A stretch of 64,000 bases of DNA from Psilocybe cubensis (Eukaryota), in the NCBI GenBank assembly GCA_017499595.2, contig CM039006.1:1364001-1428000 (forward strand), written 5' to 3'. The translations under genes were made by a program, and so were the position numbers. Under the pieces are notes generated by a model. The model was not told where the DNA came from and did not search any database. It saw only the letters and a list, made by a program, of their open reading frames with translations. Of the stretch, positions 52,408 through 64,000 are shown piece by piece. Positions within the stretch are counted from its first letter, which is position 1. Every line of letters starts with the position of its first letter.

Positions 52408-53150
52408 ATGCCTCGTAAAAGCTGGACATCAAATGACCAGGCAGCCTGGCTCAATGGGCGCTTCACTGACTTTTGACAAGCCAAAATTAACGGCAAACAG
52501 AAGGAATTTTACAAAGAGACCTACCTTGAATGGCAAAAACTCTGGCCCAACCGCGTGCCCACCGAGCAAGAGATTGCAAATTCTGGGTCCAAGGAACAAG
52601 CTATTGTGGACATATATGTTGCTCAGGAAGAGGTCAGTTGACATATCTTCTTTTCTTTAGTGGGGGTATTTACCTCGTCTGCCAGAAACTAAAGAATTGG
52701 TTCCGCAACCACAAGCGACCAAAATTGGCAGAAAAATCAGACAAGAAAGGGACATCAGCGGCTACATCTTCCGTCCTCAAGCTGAAGAAGAAGCGCATGA
52801 GTCAAGCATGGCAGGCATATTCCGATTTGACATACAAGACATAGTAGAAGTCCATAGTGGACAAGGAATGGCAAAACTATGTCAAAGACTGGAAGGAGCG
52901 TAACCCCGGCACCGAGGTTGACACCTCCATGTTCGCTTTCAGGAACAAATTCATGCAAGAAAAGTACAAGGAGCAGTCCCAGGAGGTCAAGGACCAAGTG
53001 GATCAGCATCGCAGAAAGGCTTTCGAAGAAGCACAGGAAGATGACAATGATATATTTCAAATGTTAGTATCCTCATCTCTTAGACAGCAATGCATGCACT
53101 CACAGATACAACAGAAACATTGAAAAATTGCCGCGAACAATGGCAGAGTT
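52408..53150 (+). pseudogene. KDZ2 cargo gene F ('NWFRNH' helical protein), truncated by a LINE insertion
   Basis: MPRKSWTSNDQAAWLNGRF..EFYKETYLEWQKLWP..QEE|intron|KLKNWFRNHKRP..QAWQAYSDLTY..FRNKFMQEKYKEQSQEVKDQV..|intron 53063-53105|YNRNIEKLPRTM. Contains premature stops. Confidence 0.65.
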
Positions 53151-56100
53151 GACGTCAGAGACGTCTCTTGATCCGCTACCACCACCAGCCCAAATCTTCC
53201 CACGGTCAATAGGCCAGGACGACAGGGCGAAAGTAGCGAATCAAGTAGATAATACACACTTAATCCTACACTATACATCTTTAATCGAGACAAGGCAAGA
53301 TTCGCATGACATTGAAACCATCCCCACAAAGAAAACAAGCAAAAGAATTAGCGAGCAAAACCCAGCAGTACAAGAGGACTACGAGAAACAGCGGCAAAAA
53401 AGCAGCACCGACAGCGGCTAAGAAGATGGAACCAATACAAAGTGCAGAATCGGGAAGGAAATGGCTTAACGAAAGGGGACTGACGGAGGAAGGGGAGGTG
53501 CTAGGAGCGATAGCGATGGTGAAGGTACTCCGGCAGATGTCCAAATGGGAGAAGACACCCCAAGAAATGTGGAGAGACGCGCTGCTAGCGGTGGCACACA
53601 TTATAGAGGACACACACGGAGAAGACCGCATTGAGATGGTAGCAAACGCAGCGAAGGGTGAGATCGAGAGGGTGGCACGAGAAGCCGTGAAGAGTATGGA
53701 GAAGGCAAGGGAGGAAATGGAAAGGGGGAGAGGTCAGACCAAGAGGACAGATGTGAGGGGAGCAAGGAGATCATGGGACGAGGAGGTGGAGGAGCTATTA
53801 GCGAACGCCCAGGACGTACAGGGAAGAGACGAACCAGCGACCCAAACCCAGGAGAGACGGAGATTGAGCAGGGAAAGGAACTCAGGAAAGACAGAGGAGA
53901 GGAGGATGTACGCTCAAGCAACCACATCGGAAAGAAGGAGCTCCCCGCGACAGGACTGCGACATTAGTATGGACAAGAGGCTGCAGAAGGAGATTAGGGC
54001 GAGAGAAGCGAAGAAGGAGATCCAGGTGCTGATCGACGGACTCCAAACCAAAGAAAATGGGAAGGATCTCACACCAAAGGACATCGTGGACAAGCTCAAC
54101 ATTGCATGGGACATGGCAAGCACAGACGCGGAGGTCACCTACACGGACAGCCAAGGGAACGAGAAGATCATTGCGATCGAGGAAAGCCCGATCAGAACAG
54201 CTAGGGTGCTGAGAAACGGGGGGGTGGTGATGGAGTTCAAGGACGGTGCCAGCGCATGGCCTCTGACCAGAGACAAGGAATTCAGGCGACAGTTCGAGGG
54301 AGCGCTGGGGATAACGGTGAAGGAGAGGGCCTACACGCTCATAGTGGAATTCGTATCCACGTCTCTGCGGGACGGACTACTGGGGATCAAGGACAAGCTG
54401 GACGAGGTGAACGGACTGAAAAGCAGCACTATCAAATGACTGCGCTGGATGCACGATCCGGAGAAGAGCTGGAGCAGCAGACAGAGCTACGCGCACGTCA
54501 TGCTCTCACTGTCTGACAAGGACATTGCGAACAGATTGCTAAAGGAGGGAGTGATAGTCCAGGCATCCCGACACAGAGCTCGGAAATTTGAGGACAAACC
54601 ACGCAGATGCTACAACTGCCAGGTTCTTGGAGTGGAACACATGGCGGCCACATGCAAAGAGGCAGAGGTCTGCGCAAATTGCTGCTCAAAAGACCACATG
54701 ACGGCAAAGTGTGAGTACACAACTAACAGCAGCAGATCCGCGTGTGCAAGTTGCAAGAAAGCCAAGCTCGAGGACACCAACCACCCCTCATGGAGCAGAC
54801 TCTGCCCAATCTACATTTACCATCGCAAGAAACTACGGGACAGACAGCCAGAAAATCACTACAGATACTACCCCTGCGAATACGACCGGAGCACTTGGGC
54901 GAGGAAGCAAGACAGTTACAACGACGAGCTATTCGTGGAAAGGTGGAAGGGAGGCGACTACGACGAGAGGAGGAAAGCGAGTCTAGAGGAGAGCGCAAGG
55001 ATGGTGCAAAGTCAAATGAGAGGTAGCAAACCGGTTGACGAGTGGTGGAAGGACAAGACCCCATGCCCAAGAAGCAGAGCCAACACCGAGGCATCCATTG
55101 CCTCGTCGAGATCGAGGGCAGCCAGTACAGCAAGCAAGGGCAAGAGTGCGGAGAGAGGGAGGAGAACATCGAGAGCGGAAACGAGCACCACGGGAGGAGG
55201 AGCAAAGACAGCCACGCAACAGACCCTACAGCAAGCATGGAAAGGCACTCAAACCAGCATGCAAGCCAGCAACAGCACGCAGAATGCCCGAAAGGGCGCG
55301 ACCCGTTAAGATGGAAAACAGGCCAGTAGAGAAGGAGATGAGAGAACTTACGATATGGCAACAGAATACGAGGAAGTCCAACGAGGCACAGCTAGCCACA
55401 ATACACGCAGCGGGAGAGAACACACACCTGATATGTGTGCAGGAGCCATACATTGACACCAGAGGCAACTCGAGAGCGACAAGAGGATGGCACACAATAT
55501 ACCCCACAACACACTACAAGGACGGAGCGCCGAGATCGAGGGCCCTAATACTGGTCAACTCCAAACTGTCCACGAACAACTGGACGCAGATGGATGTCAA
55601 CTCCCCAGACGTGGTAGCAATCCAGATAAGAGGCGACGGCAAGAAAATCAACGTCTACAACATGTACGTCAACGGAGAGCACGATGAGGCGTTAGAGGCG
55701 CTGCGGAGGCACAAGAGCGAGGTAGAAAAGGAGGAAGAAAGGAGAGGGAGGGACGGAGGCAGGCGACGGGAGGAGGAGCAAGAGGAGGTGGACGTGTGGG
55801 TGGGGGACTTCAATCGACATCATCCAATGTGGGAGAGCAACGCCAACGACAGGCTGTTCACGGCGGAGAACTTATGCAAAGCAGAAGGCTTGTTGCAGCT
55901 ACTAGCGGACTACGGAATGGACCAGGCATTAGCAAAAGGCATACCAATGATCATCAACTCGCACGGAAACTATACCAGGCCAGACAACGTATTCATCACC
56001 GGGGACAAGGGAGAATGGATAATGGGATGCAACACCAGAGAAGAAGACATGCCAGCGGCGGACGACCACATGCCCATCGTGACCACGATAGAACTCACGG

Positions 56101-57058
56101 TGGCGACTAAAGAAATTAAGGCAAGGAGGAACTACAGAAGGACAGACTGGACCGCGTTCAGGAAGGAATTAGAGAGGGGGCTAGCCGAAACACGGGGACA
56201 GGGTGAGATAACAAGCGCAGAGGAGTTGGACAAGGAGGTGGAGAAGTTAGAAAGGATGATTGTGGAAGTGATGGACAAGTGTATCCCTACGACGAAACCC
56301 TCGATCTATATGAAGAGGTGGTGGACGAAAGAACTCGACGAGGCGAAGAAGCAGGCAAGGACAGCAAAAGGGCGGGCTAGCAGAAGGAAACACATACCGG
56401 ACCACCCAGCGCATGAGGACGCGAGACAAGCGAGGAACCACTACTCAAATCTCATCAAGAGAACGAAAACTCAGCACTGGGAAGAATGGCTGGACAACCT
56501 GAACAGCAAGACCATGTGGGACGCACATAAATTCGTGAAAGCAGCGCCATCGGACGGAGGGAGGACGAGGATACCAGCACTGAAGGAGATAGGAGAGGGG
56601 GGGTGGTGAGGGAAGTGAAGGACAACGAGACGAAGAGCAAGATGCTCCACCGAGCCTTCTTCTACAACCCGCCGGATGACCCAAAGATAGACCAGAATTT
56701 TGAGTACCCAGAACCGGCCTTCGACTTTGAGCATGTCACTCAGCGGCAGATAATCAGAATCGCAAAGTTGCTGAACCCGTACAAAGCGCCTGGAATGAAT
56801 GAAATACCAAATGCAGTCCTAGTACACTGCGCAGAGGCACTCGCACCACACCTAGAGAGGATCTACAGGGCCACATTCAGCGTAGACCACTACCCAAAGA
56901 GATGGAAAAGATATACCACCGTGGTACTTCGGAAACAGGACAAACCGGACTACAAACTAGCGAGCACATACAGGCCAATAGCGCTACTAGATGTGATGGC
57001 AAAGCTATTGTCGGCGTGCGTGAAGGAGAACCTGGAGCACCACATCAAGAGGCACTAG
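53151..57058 (+). mobile_element. Non-LTR retrotransposon (LINE, Tad1-like), 3'-truncated
   Basis: ORF1 53306-55309 (one TGA at 54437) has zinc knuckles CYNCQVLGVEHMAATC, CANCCSKDHMTAKC and CASC..NHPSWSRLCP. ORF2 from 55311 has the APE endonuclease (IWQQN, CVQEP, GDFNRHHPMW, DDHMPI) and the start of RT (KAPG..IPN, YRPIALLDVMAKLL). There is a frameshift in a G run at ~56600 and an abrupt end. The 5' boundary is approximate. Confidence 0.92.
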
Positions 57059-57147
57059 TAGCTTCAATTTTATATCATTATATCTAGACAACTGTCTACA
57101 GGCAAACTGAACTGTTACCCAGTAATTCATATCATTGTTTATCTAGA

Positions 57148-57365
57148 GATTTCATTACTATTGGGCATTTCATTCCTAGACAAAAATATGATATCAAACC
57201 AATTGATTTCATTACTTGTTGGCTTGATTTCATTTCAATTGAAGGCTGTTTCATTCCACTATTATCAATGATTTCATTGCGATTTCATTTCTATCTTGAA
57301 GTATTTCATTAATATTTAGAATTGATTTCATTAGCTGTAGAGGTGATTTCATTATGATTTCATAT
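57148..57365. repeat. Cluster of about 11 (G)ATTTCATT motifs
   Basis: gatttcatt / atttcatt recurs every ~10-40 bp, all on the same strand, in AT-rich DNA just past the LINE break. Confidence 0.75.
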
Positions 57366-58985
57366 CTAATCTTATGATTATCTAGGCTTGATAATCCTGT
57401 ACCAGATTGATTAGTGCATGCTATTTTTGGCCCAGGAACTCGGACTAAATATATTAGAATTAGGGCTGACAGCCATCACATCAGGGCCCTGTCCCTGCCC
57501 CTTCCCTTGGCTCCTGGCTCTATAAATAACACTCATCCTATGCTACTTTTGTGCATTGCTGGCAATGGATTGGGCGCTTTTGGGGGCATTTCTGGACCGT
57601 TTCCCTTGGTGTTTTTTAATAGACATATAGTTTTAAAGTGTCCCAATCCGAATATGAAATCAGAATTGCAATATCTTTACTCATTATTGTGCAATTAAGC
57701 GTACGATGTTTTGATCAAAAAGCGCACCTTGAATAGCACCATCCAGGGGCTGGTATGCACCATTTTGACTATGCAATTATTTTTCATTTATAATAGACGG
57801 AGTACATGCCAAGTTTCAGATCAATTGGAGCAGTGGAACCTATTGAACTAGGATGTACACCCTACCCCTCCTCCTACCCCTTGTACAAATGCCTTCCTGA
57901 TCAGATAAATTCAGGCCCAACCAGGGATGGGGAGGCGTTTATTATACCAATTTTTAGGGCCCAAAATCTTGGTGCAATTCTAAGATTTAAGGGTACTGCC
58001 CCCCACTCCCTCCAGAACTTGTGTATTTTATTATACCATAGGATGGGCTCTCAGACCATTAAAAAACATGTAGATCTACTAGTAACAGTACATAGAGTCC
58101 AAAATTTACCCTTAAATACCCTCTGCAGCAAGGGAACATACTGATTCAAGGGGGGATATGAGGACAGGTATGGTAGGTTATTGATCAGGCCATATCTCTA
58201 CAAATACTTCGTCATAAATCATACTCTTGACATCCACGGATACCTATTGATGCCCCCTAAATATCATTTGCAGCACCTAAAGAGATCCGTCCATTAGATG
58301 AGATGCTGCAGAAGGAATACCATTCTTCATCAAAATGCATAGTATTTTCGCATTTACCATATATAAAAGATTATGATCAGAGAATATAAAAGCAGGATAG
58401 TATAGCCCCAGACTGTAGCTTTCCAGAACATCATCAACTAAATAGGCAGTAGATTACAATGCTATGTAAACCAATACAATAAATTTTTGGTCTTACAAAT
58501 GCACCCAAATTTCGGGGCCCGGTTTACAATGTTAAGTAATATTTTTATTAGCTTTACAATATCCAAACAATTATTTGTTTTACCCTGCAAAATCAAGTAA
58601 GAATTTTTGTATGTTTACGACAAGTCCGGTTGACCGGCCATTACATAAGCGGGCGACATAGGGGCCGTATGTCTTGGCCCGGCGCGTGTGTTAAATATAA
58701 CATACGATTGCTCAAACGAAGTTCCAATCACGGTAAGCGTTATATTTCTCTACGTATACATGTAATAACTACATTAATCCGTTCAAAATTTGTCGATATT
58801 GAGCTCATCGTCGACGACGATGACCAAAACGGGCGTGGAAAAGCGCGCCGCAGTCGTCAACGATGGCGGCGCGTGCTTCTTTTCAACTACCACCACCACC
58901 ACCACCACCACCAAACCCGCCACAGCGCGCCAGCGAGTCACCACTGCATTCTAACGGCATAACAAGAGTTAACGGAAGACGACAA

Positions 58986-59372
58986 ATGGATGAGCAAGGT
59001 GAGTCTTCAATATTCAAAGTAAGTACTCACTGTTAATTTTTTTTTGCACCCCAAGGAGTACAATTCGGCCTCGCGATCGATCGCGACGGCCTCAGGCTCA
59101 ACGTCGCCGTCGATGGCCGCAACGGGCACGCAAAAATCGGCGTCAACGTCGATACCGACAACAAGGTCGAGATCGTTGTCAGCGTAGAAGAGCCCGCGAC
59201 CGGGCGAGTCGACACCGAACCCGTCGTTTCAACCCACGGCGAAATTCGAGAGCGGGAGGAACAGGTTGTCGCAGTCAAAAATCGTATCGAGGACTCGGGG
59301 ACCGTCGAAGACAGCGACGTCAAGATGCGCGATGGGGAGGGGGATGATCAGGACGTTGAGATGATGGAATAA
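58986..59372 (+). CDS. Small intact two-exon acidic protein (~109 aa), probable Plavaka cargo (intron 58999-59055)
   Basis: ATG GAT GAG CAA G|gtgagt...ccaag|GA GTA CAA gives MDEQGVQFGLAIDRDGLRLNVAVDGRNGHAKIGVNVDTDNKVEIVVSVEEPATG...DDQDVEMME*. No internal stops and strong third-position C/G bias. Confidence 0.6.
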
Positions 59373-59504
59373 AGGGCCCGTTTGACAGGCACTCTGAGTT
59401 TACCGTGACGCGTGTACAATGAAATCAAGTTTTATTTTTCAAAACACATCCATGTATACCCCTCCCTCCCCGTATCGACGCCTCTTTGTATCTGGACGAA
59501 CACG

Positions 59505-59849
59505 CACACGCGTGGCGCGCGCATACGCAACACACGCGTGGCGCGCGCATACGCAACACACGTGTGGCGCGCGCATACGCAACACACGCGTGGCGCGCGC
59601 ATACGCAACACACGCGTGGCGCGCGCATCACACGCGTGGTGCGCGCATCAAACGCGTGGCGCGCGCATACGCAGCACACGCGTGGCGCGCGCAATACGCA
59701 TCACACGCGTGGCGCGCGCATATGCAACACACGCGTGGCGCGCGCATACGCAGCACACGCGTGGCGCACGCATACGCAGCACACGCGTGGCGCACGCATA
59801 CGCCTCAAACGCGTGGCGCACGCATACGCAGCACACGCGTGGCGCGCGC
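59505..59849. repeat. 26-bp CpG-rich minisatellite, about 14 units
   Basis: Unit cacacgcgtggcgcgcgcatacgcaa, with a few shortened units. It contains the palindromes CACGCGTG and GCGCGCGC. Confidence 0.95.
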
Positions 59850-60214
59850 CAGGCACGTCCAGGTCGAAATAGGCTGCGGAACTGGGTTGGGGGCGATGCT
59901 CGGTGCTGTCCTTATCGCTGAAATATAAGGGCGGTATCGTGTCGGGCTGCAGCTAAGGTGGTGTATGAGGGTTGATGTGAGGGGGGTAAGGCACACATAC
60001 GTAGTTGCACAATGAGAGAGTAGAGCCCAAAGGGCGTACAGCGATGTATAGGGATGTTACAATAAAATTTCAGTTAAATATCAATACATTTCCTTACCGA
60101 ATCACGCGAAAATCAAGAAAAGTATTGTGTATTACTCGCCAAGACAAGGATACATCTAAAAAGATGTTAGTAGAGGTACAAGAGAATCAACGACAGACTC
60201 ACATAAAGCTACAG

Positions 60215-63200
60215 TTAGTATTCAGCAAACCCGAGTTCATCGAGGTCACCCCGGTTCTCATCCTTGTCGCTTTCCTCCTCCTCCTCCTCCTCCTCTTCAG
60301 AATCGGTATGCTGGTCGCTGTTGTCTTCATTGTCATCAGAATCGGCGCTGTTTTCAGGTGCCACTTCAGCCTGGTCCTGAGCGTCTTGCTCCTGGTCTGA
60401 GGCCCCATCTGGTTCCAGATCAGGATCGGGTGCTTCATGTGCCTCGCGGCGTTTTTTGCGAGAGGCAATGTCATCTGCACGTCGGTCTTGCCTAAGAGAA
60501 TCGGTAGCGGCTCGCGTGCTAGCGTGGCCAACTCCACCCCCTCTGTACAGCATGACCATGTCGCGATCCACAAAACTGTAAAAAATTAGTAAAGGGTAAG
60601 AAGTGACTAAATGTACTCACAAATTGACATAATATCTCTCCCATTCTTCCCCTTCATTATTTTCTTTGCTTCTATAAGCTACAGATGGGCCGAGAGTCGG
60701 TATTTTTCCAAGAATGAAGCGAGGGATCAAATGGGTTGCACGAATTACGAGGGATGGGTCCACAAAACCAAATGACGCAGAGTCATTGATATCACCAAAC
60801 GCCAACTGTGGAAGCCTTCTATATTTCCAACCGTAATGGCAATCTTCACAAACACCCAGCCATCGGACATGAAGAAAATCCACTTTGTGCTTGGAAGCAC
60901 GGTAGTAATCATCAGGGGTAGATATTACCACATTGGCGTGGTAGATTCCAATGATACGGGCATACCAATAAGGATGAACCTGCTGATCTGCACCTTTGTT
61001 GCTAGCGAGTACCATGATGTCACATCGGGAAGAGTTTGGCTTCAAGGTATCTTGTATTCGACGCATATCATACGAAGTATAGTTGATGCGTAGAACCTGA
61101 TGTTCGTAAATTCGGTCACCGAGTATTGTGATTTGGAGTCGCTCATGGGTACCAATGCTATCACTGAATTCGTTTACCCCTGATAAGCGGGCATAAAGGT
61201 GAGTTTTGAGACGAAGCATAAAGTCCTAAATACAACATTGAGTATATAGAAACAAGCGAAAAATCCGGCTTACCCTTGTCGCCGGATCGTTTTGGTTTTG
61301 TGACATCCAGGGTAGTATATCTAACTTTCGACGCACGTCTGATGAGATGTGATAATGTAAATCAGGAGGAGTGGGCTCCAGTAACTCCCTGTCCTCACGC
61401 AGCAGCTTGCGTATCTCGACACGGTTAGTGCGGTGTACCACACGTTCTCGGTAGATGTGTTTGGCGATACCTCGAATATGATCACCTTTCTTGACCCGTT
61501 TGTAGAAGAGTTTCGCTCTCTTGTGCTCGCTTTCGCCCATCTGAGTGCTCGTGCCGTCAGTGGTGCCAAATTGGCGAATGGAATCGACATAATCGGGAAG
61601 GGAATGCAATTTGTACGTTTGCATATTGAACGTGCGGGTCTTGGGTTCATTGGGTTGAGTCGGAGGTACTGGCAGACCCGCACTCGCTGCCTTTTTGGCC
61701 TTGGCTGCCTGTCTTCTTCCTCTTGCGGCTGTTTCTGATGGAAGCTCGCGAATGGCGTACTGACTACAAACCTCCTTTTGGAACTGACGAAGGAGATCAC
61801 ATAACCGAGTACACAAATTCCCCAACTCGTCCAGAGTGGTATTGGTGTGAAGTCGAAGCTTGGCTAGGGCGTGCCATGTTGCCATTTCAAACAAGAGGTT
61901 TTGAATAATTTTATTGTGTGCAGGTTCTGGCAACAAGCCCTCAAAGACTGGTATAGAGCACTATTATGGAATCATTAATAATTAAAATCAAACATCACAC
62001 GCAATTGAGGCCTACCTGAAGGAGATCTTCAAAATCCCGTGCTGCCAGTTTCTTCATATCTGAAGCATTCCTAGCAAAACGTCGGATAGTTGTGAGGCCG
62101 AAAGGGGAGACTTGGCGGTATCTAAATCTATAGTTAGTTTGAGTAAGAATCGAGATATCACGACAATACCTTTCGTTCAGAGTTGCAATGGCGTTCTGGT
62201 TGCTAGAGGTATAAAGAATCCGGAGTAGGTGACTAAATAGGGCCTTCCAGACACCCAGTTCCACTTCGTGCATGAAGTCGACAGTAAACATCCGATAAAA
62301 GTTGAAGCCATATTCAAATAAAGCCTTGGAAAAAGCGTTCTATGTAATATTCTTAGACAAAATACGTAGATATGAGGAAATAAAAATATACCCGAGTTGG
62401 AAAAGCAGAGGTCTGTTGCAGCAAGCCATTAACCACCTTGCTGTTAACCTTTTTCCCCAAGAACAATGCTTTACGGGCAGTTTTGATGTCAAATTGACAA
62501 GTTTCGCTGTCAACGCGAGCTAGCTTGAGCCGGTTTCGCATATCCATCTTTGATCCAACCTTTGGGACATTCATAGTCTGAATTAAACAACGTGGACACA
62601 AGCAAGTGCCGCGACACTTGCAGCAGGACTGCAGCATTCTGCTTGTACATTAGTTATCAATCGAAATAGCGAGTAGATGTTGACTTACTTTTTGGGGTAG
62701 TCATTTGAACTAAAAATAAAACGGAGATACATAGCTCGACATACTCTGTCGGCCAGTTCTACGGCCTCTCCTTCAGCATACGCTCGTTTGACATCCTCAT
62801 CAAGTAATAGCCCCCAGACGCCTGTATTGACCTCGCGTCTCATATGGGTGAGCATTTCAGATGTCGCAGCTTTGCCAAACTGTCGCTGATGCCAATCTTG
62901 AAAACTGTCTGTGAGCTATGACCCAAACGTTAATATGAATAGTACATGCCAGTCAATACAAACTTACTTTAGGGATATACGCAATATGGTGCGCAGCGAA
63001 TTCTTTAGGTTTCCCTCTGGTGTATTTTGACTGGTTGAGGATATACATAAGGATCGGCCATATAGAAGCATCGCCAAAACTGGTCAGGTGGGTAGAATCT
63101 GAAAAAATCCCGATACCAACGACAAAGGGCTCCAGGTGTCTGTGGGGACCTGTGCGTGGCTCTGACTTGATCTTTTCATACTCTTCATTGAAAATGTCCG

Positions 63201-64000
63201 CCACGTAGGACTCTGAGAATAAGCGTTCGGGTGGTTCGTCGGGTGAGGGACGCCAAAATTCTCTGTACGGTATGGTCGTATACGTCTCAGAGGTGCATTC
63301 TGCAAAGGCCTGTTTGATAACTTCTAGAGGTTTTCGATACATGACGTTTTCAACAACAAATTGAGGAACCTCCTCTTCCGAATCGAATATGAAACCGTCG
63401 CATGGCACTGGTATTGAAAAGCTGCCCTTGATCCACCCAGCTTCCGGTCGACACACTTCTGACAAAGTAGGATCTGTAGAATTTTTTTGGGTGGAGATTT
63501 CGTCCAGACGCACTGCCTCTCGAGCAGTAGAAAAGGAGGAATCAAAGTCCTTGGGGTCAAAATCCGGGTCCAGTACGACTTGGTGAATCAATTTGTCAGT
63601 ATCAGCGTAGGATTTAGTACCGTGGCCGTTGTAAAACCAAGACATGATAAGTTGAGTAGAACGATTTTTGAATAGCAAGCTCTTGTCGTCTTTTGGCTCA
63701 GAATCCAAGGACCAATCCGAAGGTAGGGCCATTGGTGTTCCCTCTGACGCCTTTCTCAAAGAGTCGGCTGGGTCTTTGGCAATATTTGGAGAATTGGACA
63801 CTGATGACAGTGTGAAATGTTCGTCAGGAGTAATAGAAGGGGGACCATAGGTATACTCTCGAAATATCCCATAGCCATTCATTGGTGTTCGATACAGACT
63901 CTCCACAGATGGAGGTTCCTGAGGCTGAGGTGGTTCCTCCTCCACGACTGGTGGTATAATTAGAGGAGGTTCGGGTGGGACCTCGTCTCGAAAGCGCTGT
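60215..64000 (-). CDS. Plavaka-family transposase (multi-exon; 5' end beyond the window)
   Basis: IFSDSTHLTSFGDASIWPILMYILNQSKYTRGKP..AHHIAYIP; CLCPRCL; FTVDFMHEVELGVWKALFSHL; KKLAARDFEDLLQ; WHALAKLRLHT; YKLHSLPDY..FGTTDGTSTQMGESEH; RINYTSYDMRR.QD; PYWYARIIGIYHANV; FGFVDPSLVIRATHLIPRF; DRDMVMLYRGGGVGH. ORF breaks coincide with short introns. Confidence 0.9.

Noticed and set aside
25729-53150. TET/JBP dioxygenase gene expected near KDZ transposases
   Set aside because: I saw no 2OG-Fe(II) HxD...H...R pattern in a plausible beta-rich ORF. A highly decayed copy cannot be excluded without an HMM search.
58889-58911. (CAC)n tract read as poly-His in ORF 58630..58962
   Set aside because: Simple microsatellite upstream of the small spliced gene; the ORF has no other support.
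59412-59928. Repetitive ORFs in several frames (TRVARAYATHAW...) and a possible CRISPR-like array
   Set aside because: Products of a stop-free 26-bp minisatellite. There are no unique spacers or cas genes, and the context is eukaryotic.

Overview
Eukaryotic, intron-rich DNA (about 50-bp GT-AG introns; the transposon families point to an agaricomycete fungus). The first ~10.5 kb holds three ordinary-looking host genes: a GH88/GH105-type six-hairpin glycosidase, a secreted and probably GPI-anchored protein, and a membrane-anchored ubiquitin-fold (UBL3/MUB-like) protein. From ~10.7 kb to the end is a nested transposon cluster. It contains a decayed hAT transposase, two large multi-gene KDZ (Kyakuja/Dileera/Zisupton, CxC2-type) transposons lying tail-to-tail, a full-length Copia with LTRs, PBS, PPT and TSD, a solo LTR, a CACGG-ended MITE, a Tc1 (DD34E) element with long TIRs, a 3'-truncated LINE and a Plavaka transposase that runs off the window. 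The 10.6-kb tandem duplication across the 100-N gap (14047-24662 vs 24763-35408) is most likely an assembly artefact. The most interesting signals are: (1) the cargo architecture of the KDZ elements, with a shared divergent 'NWFRNH' gene that has an identical intron position in both, a stand-alone RNase H1 hybrid-binding-like domain gene and a Zn-cluster coiled-coil gene; (2) a small spliced gene plus a CpG-rich alternating purine/pyrimidine minisatellite next to the Plavaka transposase; (3) inverted inner sites in the Tc1 TIRs; (4) pervasive CpG-deamination damage. All family calls come from motif recognition by eye. No database search was run.
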